The position numbers and the translations under genes were made by a program. 64,000 nt of DNA from Armatimonadota bacterium (GTDB lineage: Bacteria > Armatimonadota > SYMT01), in contig JBKBRF010000008.1 in NCBI GenBank assembly GCA_046292385.1, positions 1 through 64,000 on the forward strand. Reading direction: 5' to 3'. Positions 1 to 8,707 of the stretch are shown piece after piece. The notes beneath the pieces are model-generated. The model worked only from the letters and a program-made list of their open reading frames with translations. It was not told where the DNA came from and did no database searches. Position 1 is the stretch's first letter, and each line of letters begins with the position of its first letter.

Positions 1-106
1 TCCGGATTGCTCCGCAGTCCTGCTAGTGGACCTTACCTGCTACTTCTCTCACTTCTCCCGCCCCGCCCGAAGGCAGAGCGCTTGAAGCGTAAAGCTGCGT
101 CTCCCA

Positions 107-126
107 CTGTTTAGTTTTCAAAGATC
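107..126 (-). promoter_or_regulatory. rRNA operon leader, boxA-like antitermination sequence (rRNA gene presumably lies beyond the left edge)
   Basis: Minus strand reads GATCTTTGAAAACTAAACAG, the typical rrn leader boxA/processing-stem sequence, just downstream of two near-consensus sigma70 promoters. Confidence 0.75.
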
Positions 127-158
127 GCCCACTCCCGTTTCCCCGGGGGGCATCGCTA

Positions 159-187
159 AGTTTAATCGGACCGGAGCCTGGTGTCAA
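159..187 (-). promoter_or_regulatory. sigma70 promoter, rrn P2-like
   Basis: TTGACA (187-182) - 17 nt - TAAACT (164-159), pointing toward boxA. Confidence 0.75.
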
Positions 188-263
188 CCCGGTCTCGCCG
201 ATCTCTCGGCGGCCCGGGTCGGCCTCTCCGCTCTCGCGGCGGCTCCTACCGGCGACAGGCGAG

Positions 264-292
264 ATTATAGTCAGGCGTCCGTCGCCCGTCAA
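264..292 (-). promoter_or_regulatory. sigma70 promoter, rrn P1-like
   Basis: TTGACG (292-287) - 17 nt - TATAAT (269-264), ~105 nt upstream of P2; tandem arrangement typical of rrn operons. Confidence 0.75.
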
Positions 293-371
293 CACCCTGG
301 CGGAAGGTTTTTGCGGCGCGTCCCCCAGGCGATATCCTGAGCGGGTAGTGCGGGCCGGAAGCGCCGGCTCG

Positions 372-400
372 TTGACAGTTTGCTTGCCTGTGGATATGAT
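372..400 (+). promoter_or_regulatory. sigma70 promoter divergent from the rrn promoters
   Basis: TTGACA (372-377) - 17 nt - TATGAT (395-400), upstream of the small ORF at 464 and the GNAT gene. Confidence 0.7.
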
Positions 401-463
401 GGCCCGGCGAGCCAGGCTGCCCGGCCCTCTCCCCGGAGGGCGCGTTGAGCATAGGATGACAAG

Positions 464-631
464 ATGGCTGAGAAGCGCGGTGCGTGGCTCTGGAATCTCC
501 TGCGTGGCAAGAAGCGCAGCGAGCTGGATCGCCTCGAGGCGGCGCTGGTGAAGCGCCCGGGTGAGAAGCGGCAGTATGCGGGTGACCCGAACCAGGCGCG
601 CCAGCTCTGGGTCAAGACCCGCAACAAGTAA
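464..631 (+). CDS. small basic hypothetical protein (55 aa), absent from the ORF track
   Basis: ATG with AGGA upstream; translates MAEKRGAWLWNLLRGKKRSELDRLEAALVKRPGEKRQYAGDPNQARQLWVKTRNK*; GC3-rich codons; directly behind a consensus promoter. Confidence 0.65.
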   Translation: MAEKRGAWLWNLLRGKKRSELDRLEAALVKRPGEKRQYAGDPNQARQLWVKTRNK

Positions 632-688
632 GCCTTTCGCTGCCCAGCCTCCACGCCGGTACCTTACGGCGACCTCGGGAGGACCGAG

Positions 689-1168
689 ATGCTCGACGTT
701 CGATTCCGCCCCGCCACCCCCGCGGACGACTCCTTCTTTCTGGAGATGGAGTTCCGCACCACCTGGGAGAGCCTCTCTCCGGAAGACCAGCAGCGACTGC
801 GCCCGGCGGAGGTGCGGCACGCGCTCCGGGAGACCCACGAGCTCCTGCTGGCCCGTCCCGGCAACCAGGTGGTGGTGGCCGAAGATGAGTCGGGCCGGCG
901 AGTCGGCCTCCTCTGGTTCGGCAGCAACCGCAACCTGGTGACCGGCGAGGACGAGGCGTGGGTCTACAACGTCTCCGTCGCCGAGGAGTTCCAGGGCCAG
1001 GGGATCGGCCGCCGCCTGATGGATCACGCGGAGCGGCTCGCCCAGGAAGGCGGCTTCAGCGTCCTCGGGCTGATGGTCTCCAGCCACAACCTCCGCGCCC
1101 GCGGGCTCTACGAGAAGCTCGACTTCCGCCCGACCAACGTCTTGATGCGGAAGACGCTCTCCCGCTGA
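689..1168 (+). CDS. GNAT family N-acetyltransferase
   Basis: Acetyl-CoA motif VAEEFQGQGIGRRLM and N-x-x-A-x-x-LYEKLDF; GGAGG RBS. Confidence 0.9.
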   Translation: MLDVRFRPATPADDSFFLEMEFRTTWESLSPEDQQRLRPAEVRHALRETHELLLARPGNQVVVAEDESGRRVGLLWFGSNRNLVTGEDEAWVYNVSVAEEFQGQGIGRRLMDHAERLAQEGGFSVLGLMVSSHNLRARGLYEKLDFRPTNVLMRKTLSR

Positions 1169-1218
1169 CGGAGGCTCTCCGCGGGTTGTTGGCGGTCGCT
1201 CTCTCTCCCGGGAGAGGC

Positions 1219-1370
1219 GTAGTCCGCATTGCGTATTCCGTAGCGGTGAGCCCCCGCGTTCCACCAGAACCTTGTGCCGGGCGGGCGGTTCAGCAAGGCA
1301 CTTCGCCGGGCACGATCTACCGCAAAGCGGTGGAGACGCATCGCTACGCAATACGGGATACGCACTACGG
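1219..1370. repeat. palindromic repeat family A (CGTATT(G/C) heptamer arms around a GTGCCGGGCG...CGCCCGGCAC-type hairpin)
   Basis: Arms GCATTGCGTATTCCGTAGCG and CGCTACGCAATACGGGATACGC; related copies at 6734-6876/7685-7752 and 31519-31773. Confidence 0.75.
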
Positions 1371-2771
1371 AAGCGGCTTCTCGTCCCCGGCGAAGCGGAA
1401 CTCGCGGTCTCCGAACCGCAGCGCATCCCCTACCTGAATCGACCTGCTTCCTTTCACGCGCTTTCCGTTGACGTAGGTTCCGTTGCGGCTGCCGGCGTCG
1501 GTGAGGCGGTACGCGCCCCCCTCGCTCTCGATCTGCGCGTGGAGGCGTGAGACTTCGCGGCTGTCGAGGACGATGTCGCATTCCGCGCCGCGGCCGATGC
1601 CGACGACGCCGGGGCGCACCCAGAGCGGCAGCAGCTCCTCCGTGGCCGGAGCGATCCGGTGCGGACGACCGCGAGCCCCGCGCGCCAGCACCGCTCCGGC
1701 CACCAGGCCCACCACGCCCAGCACTCCGAGCATCATGGTGATCGCCAGGCGCCGGAAGTCGGCCGGCGGGGAGCCCCCGGCGGCGCCGGTCACCGATCCG
1801 GACAGGCCCGGCCCCACGGGGGCCGTTACCACCAGGCTCCCTCTCCCGGGAGCCTGGTACCAGGTCTCCGCTGCCAGGCCCAGAGACGGCACCTCCACCC
1901 GCACGCTGCGCCGGGTAGCGTCGACGGCGGGATTCGGGGAGCGGTAGGTGAGGCGGTACTCCTGTCGCAGCTCCGTCGCGAGGGAGCGATAGAGTGCCTG
2001 AAGGTCCTGCGGCTGCGGCGCGCGCAGAACCACGCCGCCGGTATTCCTCGCCAGGTAGTCCATCTGCTCCACGTTGGCGTCTGCCCCGAGTGCAACCAGG
2101 CAGAGGGAGACGCCCTGCGCGCGGGCCTGCTGGATCAGGTCATCCGCGAAGACGCGGCTGCTGCCGTCCAGGCCGTCCGTGAGCGCCACCACCACCCGGC
2201 GCGCTTCCGCCCGGGCCGGAACCGGCACTCCCGGCGCGGCGAGGCGAAGCTGTTGGGCAGCGAAGCTGAGCGCGTCGAGATAGGCGGTGGTGGTCCCCTC
2301 CGGGGCCGCGCCCTCGATCGACTGAAGCAGCGCCTCCCGGTTTCCGGAGAGCGGGTGATCCAGGCGGCTCTCGCCGGCGAAGGTGACCAGCGCCACACGG
2401 TCTGCGGGAGAAAGCTCCCGGGCAAAGGCGCTCGCCGCCGTCCGGGCGTACTCCGACTTCCGGTCGTCCGCCATGCTCAGGCTCCGGTCGAGCACCAGGC
2501 ACACGTCGAGGACACCGCCCTGGGTCTCGACCCGGTCGATGCGGACCGGCGTGCCGTTCTCCCACACGGTGAACGATCCGTCGTGCATGCCGCTGACGCG
2601 TTGTCCCTGTGCGTCCGAGAGGTGGGCGTAGACCGTCACCTGCGGGAATGCCGCCGCGTTCGGCTGCGCCAGGCGCACCGTCGGGACCGCCGGTGAGGTG
2701 CCGGCCTGCAAGTCGAGCGCCGGCAGGGCGGCCAACAGGAAGAGCGGCAGCAGTCGAAAGTGGCCCGTCAT
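1365..2771 (-). CDS. VWA domain + TM + C-terminal FHA domain protein
   Basis: Signal-like N-terminus; VWA MIDAS DRSLSM and LTDG; TM segment; FHA motifs IGRG, VSRLHA, SRNGTYVNG. Confidence 0.85.
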   Translation of the reverse strand: MTGHFRLLPLFLLAALPALDLQAGTSPAVPTVRLAQPNAAAFPQVTVYAHLSDAQGQRVSGMHDGSFTVWENGTPVRIDRVETQGGVLDVCLVLDRSLSMADDRKSEYARTAASAFARELSPADRVALVTFAGESRLDHPLSGNREALLQSIEGAAPEGTTTAYLDALSFAAQQLRLAAPGVPVPARAEARRVVVALTDGLDGSSRVFADDLIQQARAQGVSLCLVALGADANVEQMDYLARNTGGVVLRAPQPQDLQALYRSLATELRQEYRLTYRSPNPAVDATRRSVRVEVPSLGLAAETWYQAPGRGSLVVTAPVGPGLSGSVTGAAGGSPPADFRRLAITMMLGVLGVVGLVAGAVLARGARGRPHRIAPATEELLPLWVRPGVVGIGRGAECDIVLDSREVSRLHAQIESEGGAYRLTDAGSRNGTYVNGKRVKGSRSIQVGDALRFGDREFRFAGDEKPLP

Positions 2772-2996
2772 CAGTCGAAGTCTCACTCCCACGCGTGCCC
2801 GGTGCCGTGCGGCGGCGGGCTCCAGTTACTGTGGCGGCTCACCACGTGCCCCGGTTCCGCCTCGCTCGGTCGCACAGTGAGCTGTTTCACACCCCCCGCG
2901 TTCGGTAAGCCACGGGCGGCTCGCTGCTCGGGAAGTAAGCTCTGGATGTCGGGGCGACCGATCGCCCCCTCATCCGGTTTCCACGAGGTCACTCCG

Positions 2997-3869
2997 ATGA
3001 GCACAGCTGAGTCTGTCCACAACGTCACCGCCGGTAATCCTCCCGTCCGCGCCTGGGGCCGCGGTCCCGCCTCCGCTTCCGTTCGGCCGGCGCGGTCGAC
3101 ACGCGAAGAGGAAGCGGCGCTGGTGCTGGCGGCCCGGCGCGGGGATCGGCGGGCGATGGAGCGGCTCATCTCCGCGCACCTCCGGCTGATCCACCAGATC
3201 GCCCGGCGCTACCGCTGCCGCAGCTACACGCAGGAAGACCTGGTGCAGGAGGGGGTGCTCGGGTTGCTCGCCGCCGTAGACCGGTTCGACGAGCAGCGCG
3301 GCTACCGCCTCTCCACCTACGCGCTCTTCTGGATCCGCCAGGCGATCGCTCGCGCCGTGGAGCAGAACGACCGGATCATTCACCTGCCGCTGCAGGTCTC
3401 CGCGGACCTCCGCCGCCTCTCCCGCCTGGCGGATGACCGCCAGCAGACACTGGGGCGGGCGCCCAACCCGGAGGAGCTGGCGCAGGCGACCGGCATCGAC
3501 CCGCGGCGGCTGACGCAGGTGCGGAGCGCGCCGGATGACGCGGTGAGCTTCGAAGCGCTCCTGGGGGCGGACCAGGATACCTCGCTTCTCGACCTCACGG
3601 AGGATCCGGATGCCGTGAACCCGGAGACCTGGGCGCTGCGCGACGCGGACCAGCAGCGTCTCCAGGCGATGGTGCAGGCTCTGCCGGCCCGCGAGCGGGA
3701 GATCCTGGTGCAGCGCTACGGCCTGGGCGGCGCGCCCGCGGTGACGCTGGAACAGCTGAGCCAGCGGATGCGCATCTCGCGGGAGCGCGTCCGGCAGCTC
3801 GAAGTGAGGGCGTTGAGCCGCCTGCGCCAGGCCGCGCGGACCGGGGATCTGTACGACTGGGCGGCCTGA
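2997..3869 (+). CDS. RNA polymerase sigma-70 family factor (RpoD/RpoH/SigF-like, no region 1.1)
   Basis: Region 2 DLVQEGVLGLLAAVDRFD...STYALFWIRQAI; region 4 TLEQLSQRMRISRERVRQLE; start chosen at ATG with GAGG RBS. Confidence 0.9.
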   Translation: MSTAESVHNVTAGNPPVRAWGRGPASASVRPARSTREEEAALVLAARRGDRRAMERLISAHLRLIHQIARRYRCRSYTQEDLVQEGVLGLLAAVDRFDEQRGYRLSTYALFWIRQAIARAVEQNDRIIHLPLQVSADLRRLSRLADDRQQTLGRAPNPEELAQATGIDPRRLTQVRSAPDDAVSFEALLGADQDTSLLDLTEDPDAVNPETWALRDADQQRLQAMVQALPAREREILVQRYGLGGAPAVTLEQLSQRMRISRERVRQLEVRALSRLRQAARTGDLYDWAA

Positions 3870-3978
3870 CGCGGAAGGGGGTCAGCTCCACAGGCTGCGC
3901 CGTGTCCGTGGCTATCGGGAATCTTCCCGGCGAATGCCGGCCGGGAGGTTTCCGGGGAATCGGTTGTGGGCATGCTCC

Positions 3979-4004
3979 GTTTAAGCCCGCTTGCTGCCGG
4001 GTAA
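3979..4004 (+). promoter_or_regulatory. SigB/SigF-type general stress promoter
   Basis: GTTTAA-N14-GGGTAA, matching the Bacillus SigB consensus, upstream of a KGG/GsiB-like gene. Confidence 0.6.
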
Positions 4005-4091
4005 AGTGACCCAGCATCCCTGCCGTACCACCGCTTGCTCCATCCCACCTGCTGCGCCAGCCGGTCGAGCGAGCGTGAGGAGTGATCCCCC

Positions 4092-4418
4092 ATGCCACGC
4101 GAGAAGTCCGAAGAGAAGAAGGATATGACGGTCGCCGAAGCCGGGAAGAAGGGCGGCGAGACCGTTAAGGAAAAATACGGCAAAGATTTCTACACCGAGA
4201 TCGGCCACAAGGGCGGCGCCGCCACCCGCAAGAAGTACGGGCCGGAGTTCTATGGCGAGATCGGGAAGAAGGGCGGTCAGTCGACCGCGGAGCGGCACGG
4301 CGCCGAGTTCTACGAGAAGATCGGCAAGAAGGGCGGCAACCGTGTTCGCGAGTTGATCCAGCGCGGCAAGCAGGCTGCGGATGAGGCCGGGGAGGGAGAA
4401 GACACCGCCAAGGGGTAA
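4092..4418 (+). CDS. KGG-repeat general stress protein (GsiB/Em-like)
   Basis: Tandem E(A/I)G(K/H)KGG repeats with FYxEIG; GAGGAG RBS. Confidence 0.9.
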   Translation: MPREKSEEKKDMTVAEAGKKGGETVKEKYGKDFYTEIGHKGGAATRKKYGPEFYGEIGKKGGQSTAERHGAEFYEKIGKKGGNRVRELIQRGKQAADEAGEGEDTAKG

Positions 4419-4465
4419 TCCGCACACACCGTGCTGAAGGAAGGTAGCGAGGGTGCGGGTGCTGT

Positions 4466-4804
4466 CTACAACAGCCCCCGCCGCTCCAGGTCTTCCAGGG
4501 CGGGACGCACCGCCGTCCACGGTGGCGGTGCGTCGCCCCGCTCCAGTGCCACCAGCAGCCCTGCGTGCGCGGCGCGATGCTCCGCCTCGAGCGGGACCGG
4601 ATCGCACGTGGCGTTGAAGCAGTGGTTGCACCACTCCACCGCCTCGCCGCCGCAAGCCTCGGTGACCCACACGGAGACGGTCCTGACTCCGGTTGCGCAG
4701 TAGGGACACCCTTCGCGGCGGACCTCTACCAGGTACCGCATCCGGCCGCCGGAGGTCCGGAGACGCACCACTTCCGCGGCGAAGATCGATCGGCTGCTCT
4801 GCAT
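4466..4804 (-). CDS. hypothetical protein with CxxC...CxxC (possible zinc ribbon)
   Basis: 112 aa from MQSSRSIF; contains CPYC and CNHC; start uncertain. Confidence 0.55.
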   Translation of the reverse strand: MQSSRSIFAAEVVRLRTSGGRMRYLVEVRREGCPYCATGVRTVSVWVTEACGGEAVEWCNHCFNATCDPVPLEAEHRAAHAGLLVALERGDAPPPWTAVRPALEDLERRGLL

Positions 4805-5047
4805 GAATGGCGCTCGCCTGAGACAAGAGGGAAAGGCGCACCCATCGTAGCAGGTCGCCGCCGCACCGACAACAAACTTACAGTTGCCTGCTCCAACCCC
4901 AAGCGACTGCTCTGCTGCCCCCGGCACTTCTCCGCGGCCTCGTGAATGGCGCCGCGGCTTGACTCCGGGCAACCGCCTTGCGTAGACTCCGGGATTGAGT
5001 GGCTTTCCTCTCCTCCCGCGCATCCTCGCGTCTCAGGCGGACTCAGC

Positions 5048-6733
5048 GTGTCAGATAACACCCGTTACATCGTCATTTCCGGCGGCGTGGTCTCCGGCCT
5101 CGGCAAAGGCATCACCGCCGCCTCTCTCGGCCTGCTCCTGAAGGCCCGCGGCTTTACCGTCTCCCCCATCAAGTGCGACATGTACGTCAACCTCGATGCG
5201 GGCACCATGAACCCCACGATCCACGGTGAGGTGTTCGTGACCGACGACGGTCTGGAAGCCGACCAGGACCTCGGTCACTACGAGCGCTACCTGAATCAGG
5301 ACATGAGCCGGAAGAACTACGTTACTACCGGCCAGATCTACTACTCGATCATCCAGAAGGAGCGCTCCCTCTGCTACGAGGGCAAGTGCGTGGAAGTGGT
5401 CCCCCACGTGCCGGAGGAGATCATCCAGCGCATCGTGGAAGCCGGTGAGAACGCGGAGTTCGTGCTGATCGAGCTGGGCGGCACCGTGGGCGAGTACCAG
5501 AGCGAGGTGTTCCTGGAAGCGACCCGCATGCTCTCCAAGCGGATGCCGGGTCGCACGGCGCACATCCACGTCTCCTACTTCCCCTACCTGGACAGCCTCG
5601 GCGAGCTGAAGTCGAAGCCGACGCAGCTCTCTATCCGCAAGCTGAACGAGTGCGGCATCCTGCCCGACTTCGTCGTGGCGCGCTCCGCCCGGACGGTCGA
5701 CGCTCCCCGCTTCACCACGCTCTGCCAGAACTCCAACCTGGAGCCGGAGCAGATCATCTTCTCGCCGGACATGCGCTCCGTCTACGAAGTGCCGCGGAAG
5801 CTGGAGGAGCAGGAGTTCGCCCAGAAGCTGCTGCGCCGCCTCGGGGTGGAGGTGATGCCGCGGCCGCGGCTGCAGGAGTGGGAGACACGGGTCGACCGCC
5901 TGGTGAACGGCACCGGGCCGGAGATCCGCGTCGGCATCGTGGCGAAGTACCACGCCGTCGGCGACTACTCCCTCTCGGACGCGTACGTCAGCGTCGTCGA
6001 GGCGCTCCACCACGTGGAGGCGGCGACCGGCGCGCGGATCAAGATTGACTGGGTCGACGCGGAAGAGCTGGAGAACGGCGACGTGGCCGCTCGCCTGAAG
6101 CAGTGCGACGGGCTGATCATTCCCCAGGGTTGGGGCTCGCGCGGGGCCGAGGGCAAGATCGCCGCGATCAAGTATGCGCGGGAGAACGGCGTCCCCTACT
6201 TCGGGCTCTGCTACGGGATGCAGATGGCGGTGGTGGAGTTCGGCCGGCACATCCTGAAGCTGCGCGACGCGAACAGCGAAGAGGTGAACGCCGGGACACC
6301 GCATCCGGTGGTCCACGTGATGCCGGAGCAGGCGGAAGTGATCCGACAGAAGCGCTACGGCGGCAGCATCCGGGTCGGCGCGTACCCGTGCCGCACCGCC
6401 GAGGGAAGCTGGCTGCGGCGCCTCTATGGCAGCGAGACGATCAGCGAGCGCCATCGTCACCGGTACGAGTTCAACAACGAGTACCGCGAGCGCTACGAGA
6501 AGGCGGGAATGCTCTTCGCCGGCCTCTCTCCGGACGGATCACTCGTGGAAGCGATCGAGCTGCCGAACCACCCGTTCTTCGTGGGAGTCCAGTACCATCC
6601 GGAGTACAAGAGCCGGGTGGAGGTGCCGCACCCGCTCTTCATGGGCTTCGTGGACGCCTGCCTGGAGCGTCGCGACGGCGCTGCCAAGCCCGCCGCCCAG
6701 GATGAGGCGCGGGAAGCGGTAGCGACGGGGTAA
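5048..6733 (+). CDS. pyrG: CTP synthase
   Basis: GGVVSGLGKGITAAS, HGEVFVTDDG, GLCYGMQ catalytic Cys, ERHRHRYE, QYHPE; GTG start. Confidence 0.97.
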   Translation: MSDNTRYIVISGGVVSGLGKGITAASLGLLLKARGFTVSPIKCDMYVNLDAGTMNPTIHGEVFVTDDGLEADQDLGHYERYLNQDMSRKNYVTTGQIYYSIIQKERSLCYEGKCVEVVPHVPEEIIQRIVEAGENAEFVLIELGGTVGEYQSEVFLEATRMLSKRMPGRTAHIHVSYFPYLDSLGELKSKPTQLSIRKLNECGILPDFVVARSARTVDAPRFTTLCQNSNLEPEQIIFSPDMRSVYEVPRKLEEQEFAQKLLRRLGVEVMPRPRLQEWETRVDRLVNGTGPEIRVGIVAKYHAVGDYSLSDAYVSVVEALHHVEAATGARIKIDWVDAEELENGDVAARLKQCDGLIIPQGWGSRGAEGKIAAIKYARENGVPYFGLCYGMQMAVVEFGRHILKLRDANSEEVNAGTPHPVVHVMPEQAEVIRQKRYGGSIRVGAYPCRTAEGSWLRRLYGSETISERHRHRYEFNNEYRERYEKAGMLFAGLSPDGSLVEAIELPNHPFFVGVQYHPEYKSRVEVPHPLFMGFVDACLERRDGAAKPAAQDEAREAVATG

Positions 6734-6876
6734 GCGTATTCCGTATCGCGTATTGCGTAGCGGAGCGTCTCCTCCGCTCGCCAATATCTAGTGCCGGGCG
6801 AGTCGCTTCTTCGGAGCTTCTCGCCCGGCACTACGTTTTGGCGCAAGGGAGCTACCCCTCGCTATGCAGTACGCAA
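6734..6876. repeat. palindromic repeat family A; its right half recurs at 7685-7752 on the other side of element B
   Basis: GCGTATTCCGTATCGCGTATTGCGTAGCG arm plus GTGCCGGGCGAG...CTCGCCCGGCAC hairpin; 6820-6875 is repeated nearly identically at 7685-7740. Confidence 0.75.
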
Positions 6877-6883
6877 GATGTTC

Positions 6884-7679
6884 ACAGCGCGGCTGATGCC
6901 GTAACCAAACTCAAGGCGGCGGAAGAATACTCGGTTAGTCGAGATCAGCGTCGCGCCGAGGGTCCACCCCGCGCCCTCCCCACCCGGAGCGGCCCTCCCG
7001 CGTGTCTGGCCCGCCGCGGCCCTTTCACGCTCCGGCTGCGCCTCCGCTAGCGGGCGCTGCGGGCGTGCTCCCCGGCGCGCTGCGTTCCGCGTCCGAGAGG
7101 GGCGTCTGCAGCGAGACGACGGTTCACGGGCCGCTCCGCGCGGCTCAAGCGACCACCCCTGCCAGGGGTGGTCACAGGTGAAACCCTCCAGCTCTGCCTC
7201 CGGCAGCGCGTCCGGGCTTCGCAGAGCCCCACGCACCAGGGGCGCGAAGCCCGGAAGCGCTGCACCGGCTTGCGATAGCCCGTCGACGGCCGACCGTGCC
7301 CAGACTAGAGGCGCCCGGAGGGCGCCAGTTGTGACCACCCCTGGCAGGGGTGGTCGCTCGAAGGGTCGGGAGGCAGCCCGTGAGCTCCCCTGTCGGCACG
7401 GGTTACGCCTCCTGGCGCGGGAAGAGCTTTTCGACGAAGCTCCCGCAGCGGCCTGCTAACGGAGCGCAGCGGAGTGTGAAAAGGCCGCGGAGGGCCTGCG
7501 TCGCGGGAGGGCTGCATCCCGGCACAAGGTCGCGGGGTCGGGTCGCGGGCTCGATGCTGCCTCTCGAAGAGATGAAAAGACGCCTCGACACTGGCCCCTC
7601 CCACCTCGCTAGGTCCACGCGCGATGACGGCCGGCAGAATCTGCGCATCCCGGCAAGATTCTCGCGGTGAGTAGTACAG
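6884..7679 (+). mobile_element. non-coding nested-palindromic element B, complete copy (796 bp)
   Basis: Bounded by ACAG direct repeats; ends CGCGGCTGATGCCG... and ...GGTGAGTAGT; co-linear homologues at 52832-53627 and 55699-56487; no credible ORF. Confidence 0.75.
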
Positions 7680-7762
7680 AAGCGTCTCGCCCGGCACTAC
7701 GTTTTGGTGCAAGGGAGCTACCCCTCGCTACGCAATACGGAATACGCAATACGGATCACGCA

Positions 7763-8707
7763 TTACGGCACAGGGCCCTCCAACGCCTGCGCCACGGCCT
7801 GCTGCAGGGCGGTGGGGCTGGGCGGCGGGACCAGCAGGCCGCGGACACTCGGGTGATCCCGGTAGCGCTCCGCTTCTGCCGCCTCCGCCAGCAGGAGCAC
7901 CGGCAGCTCCGGGGCGAGGTCTTGCACTTCGTCGAGCGCCTCCCGGCAGTGCAGCCGTCCGCCGAGATGGCAGTCGAGGAGCAGGAGGTCGTACGGCTCT
8001 CGCTCCAGCAGCTCCAGCGCTTCGTCCGCGCTCCAGACCAGCCGCGGCGACATGCCGGCCTCGGTGAGCGCCTCGGCCAGGAGCTGGCGAAGCTGCGACT
8101 CGTCCTCCGCCACCAGTACTCGCAGGCGAGCCGAGGCGGGATGCGAGGCGGCGTGCGGCTCGTGATGGAACCAGGTCTTTCCTGCGTGCACGGCTCGGAG
8201 CGCCGGAACCAGCTCCTCGGTCAGGCGGTGCTTGTCCACCACCCCCCAGGCGTCGTTGGCCCGGGCTTCCGCCGCCAGCTCTCGAGAGGCGTAGCCGGTG
8301 CAGAACAGCACCCTGGGGGCGGGGGATTGGTCCGATCGAGTGCCCCGCAGGGAGCGGAGCAGGTGCATCCCGTCCGCGTCTTCCAGGTAGTAGTCGAGCA
8401 GGATCAGGTCCACCTCTAGCTGTACCAGGGCGGTCTGCGCGTCCCAGACGGAGGCGACCGTTCCCACCACCTCGATGTCCCGCTCCAGGGCCAGCCGCTG
8501 CTGCAGGAACCCCTGCATCATCGGCTCGTCCTCCACGAGCAGCACCCGCATTCGGCGTGTGGAGCCGGCGCTCGGGTCGGCGTCGGTCGCCTCGTCCGCG
8601 TCCTCGTCGCCCTCGTCAGCAGAAACGGTGCCGACGGGAGAGGAGAGCGACGCCGGCGCGCTCCCCGGGCGCGGCTCTTCCGACGCGTCGCCGGAGGCGA
8701 GCGGCAT
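7763..8707 (-). CDS. tandem receiver-domain (REC-REC) response regulator
   Basis: Two REC domains: RVLLVEDE...LILLDYYL...DG and RVLVAEDE...LLLLDCHL; no output domain; start may be 8551. Confidence 0.8.
   Translation of the reverse strand: MPLASGDASEEPRPGSAPASLSSPVGTVSADEGDEDADEATDADPSAGSTRRMRVLLVEDEPMMQGFLQQRLALERDIEVVGTVASVWDAQTALVQLEVDLILLDYYLEDADGMHLLRSLRGTRSDQSPAPRVLFCTGYASRELAAEARANDAWGVVDKHRLTEELVPALRAVHAGKTWFHHEPHAASHPASARLRVLVAEDESQLRQLLAEALTEAGMSPRLVWSADEALELLEREPYDLLLLDCHLGGRLHCREALDEVQDLAPELPVLLLAEAAEAERYRDHPSVRGLLVPPPSPTALQQAVAQALEGPVP

Noticed and set aside
389..397. TGTGGATAT DnaA-box-like 9-mer overlapping the promoter
   Set aside because: Single box with one mismatch and no cluster; insufficient evidence for oriC or DnaA control.
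6862..7712. ORFs inside element B copies (also 35838-36370, 52804-53615, 55708-56647)
   Set aside because: Frames and stops are not conserved between copies; no transposase or other recognisable motifs.
6820..7740. ~55-bp direct repeat flanking element B read as a giant target-site duplication
   Set aside because: Family A shows the same right-half duplication without element B at 31519-31773, and other B copies have only the 4-bp ACAG repeat.
6734..7760. Possible CRISPR array in the repeat-rich intergenic regions
   Set aside because: No regularly spaced identical direct repeats with unique spacers and no cas genes; the repeats are dispersed palindromes.
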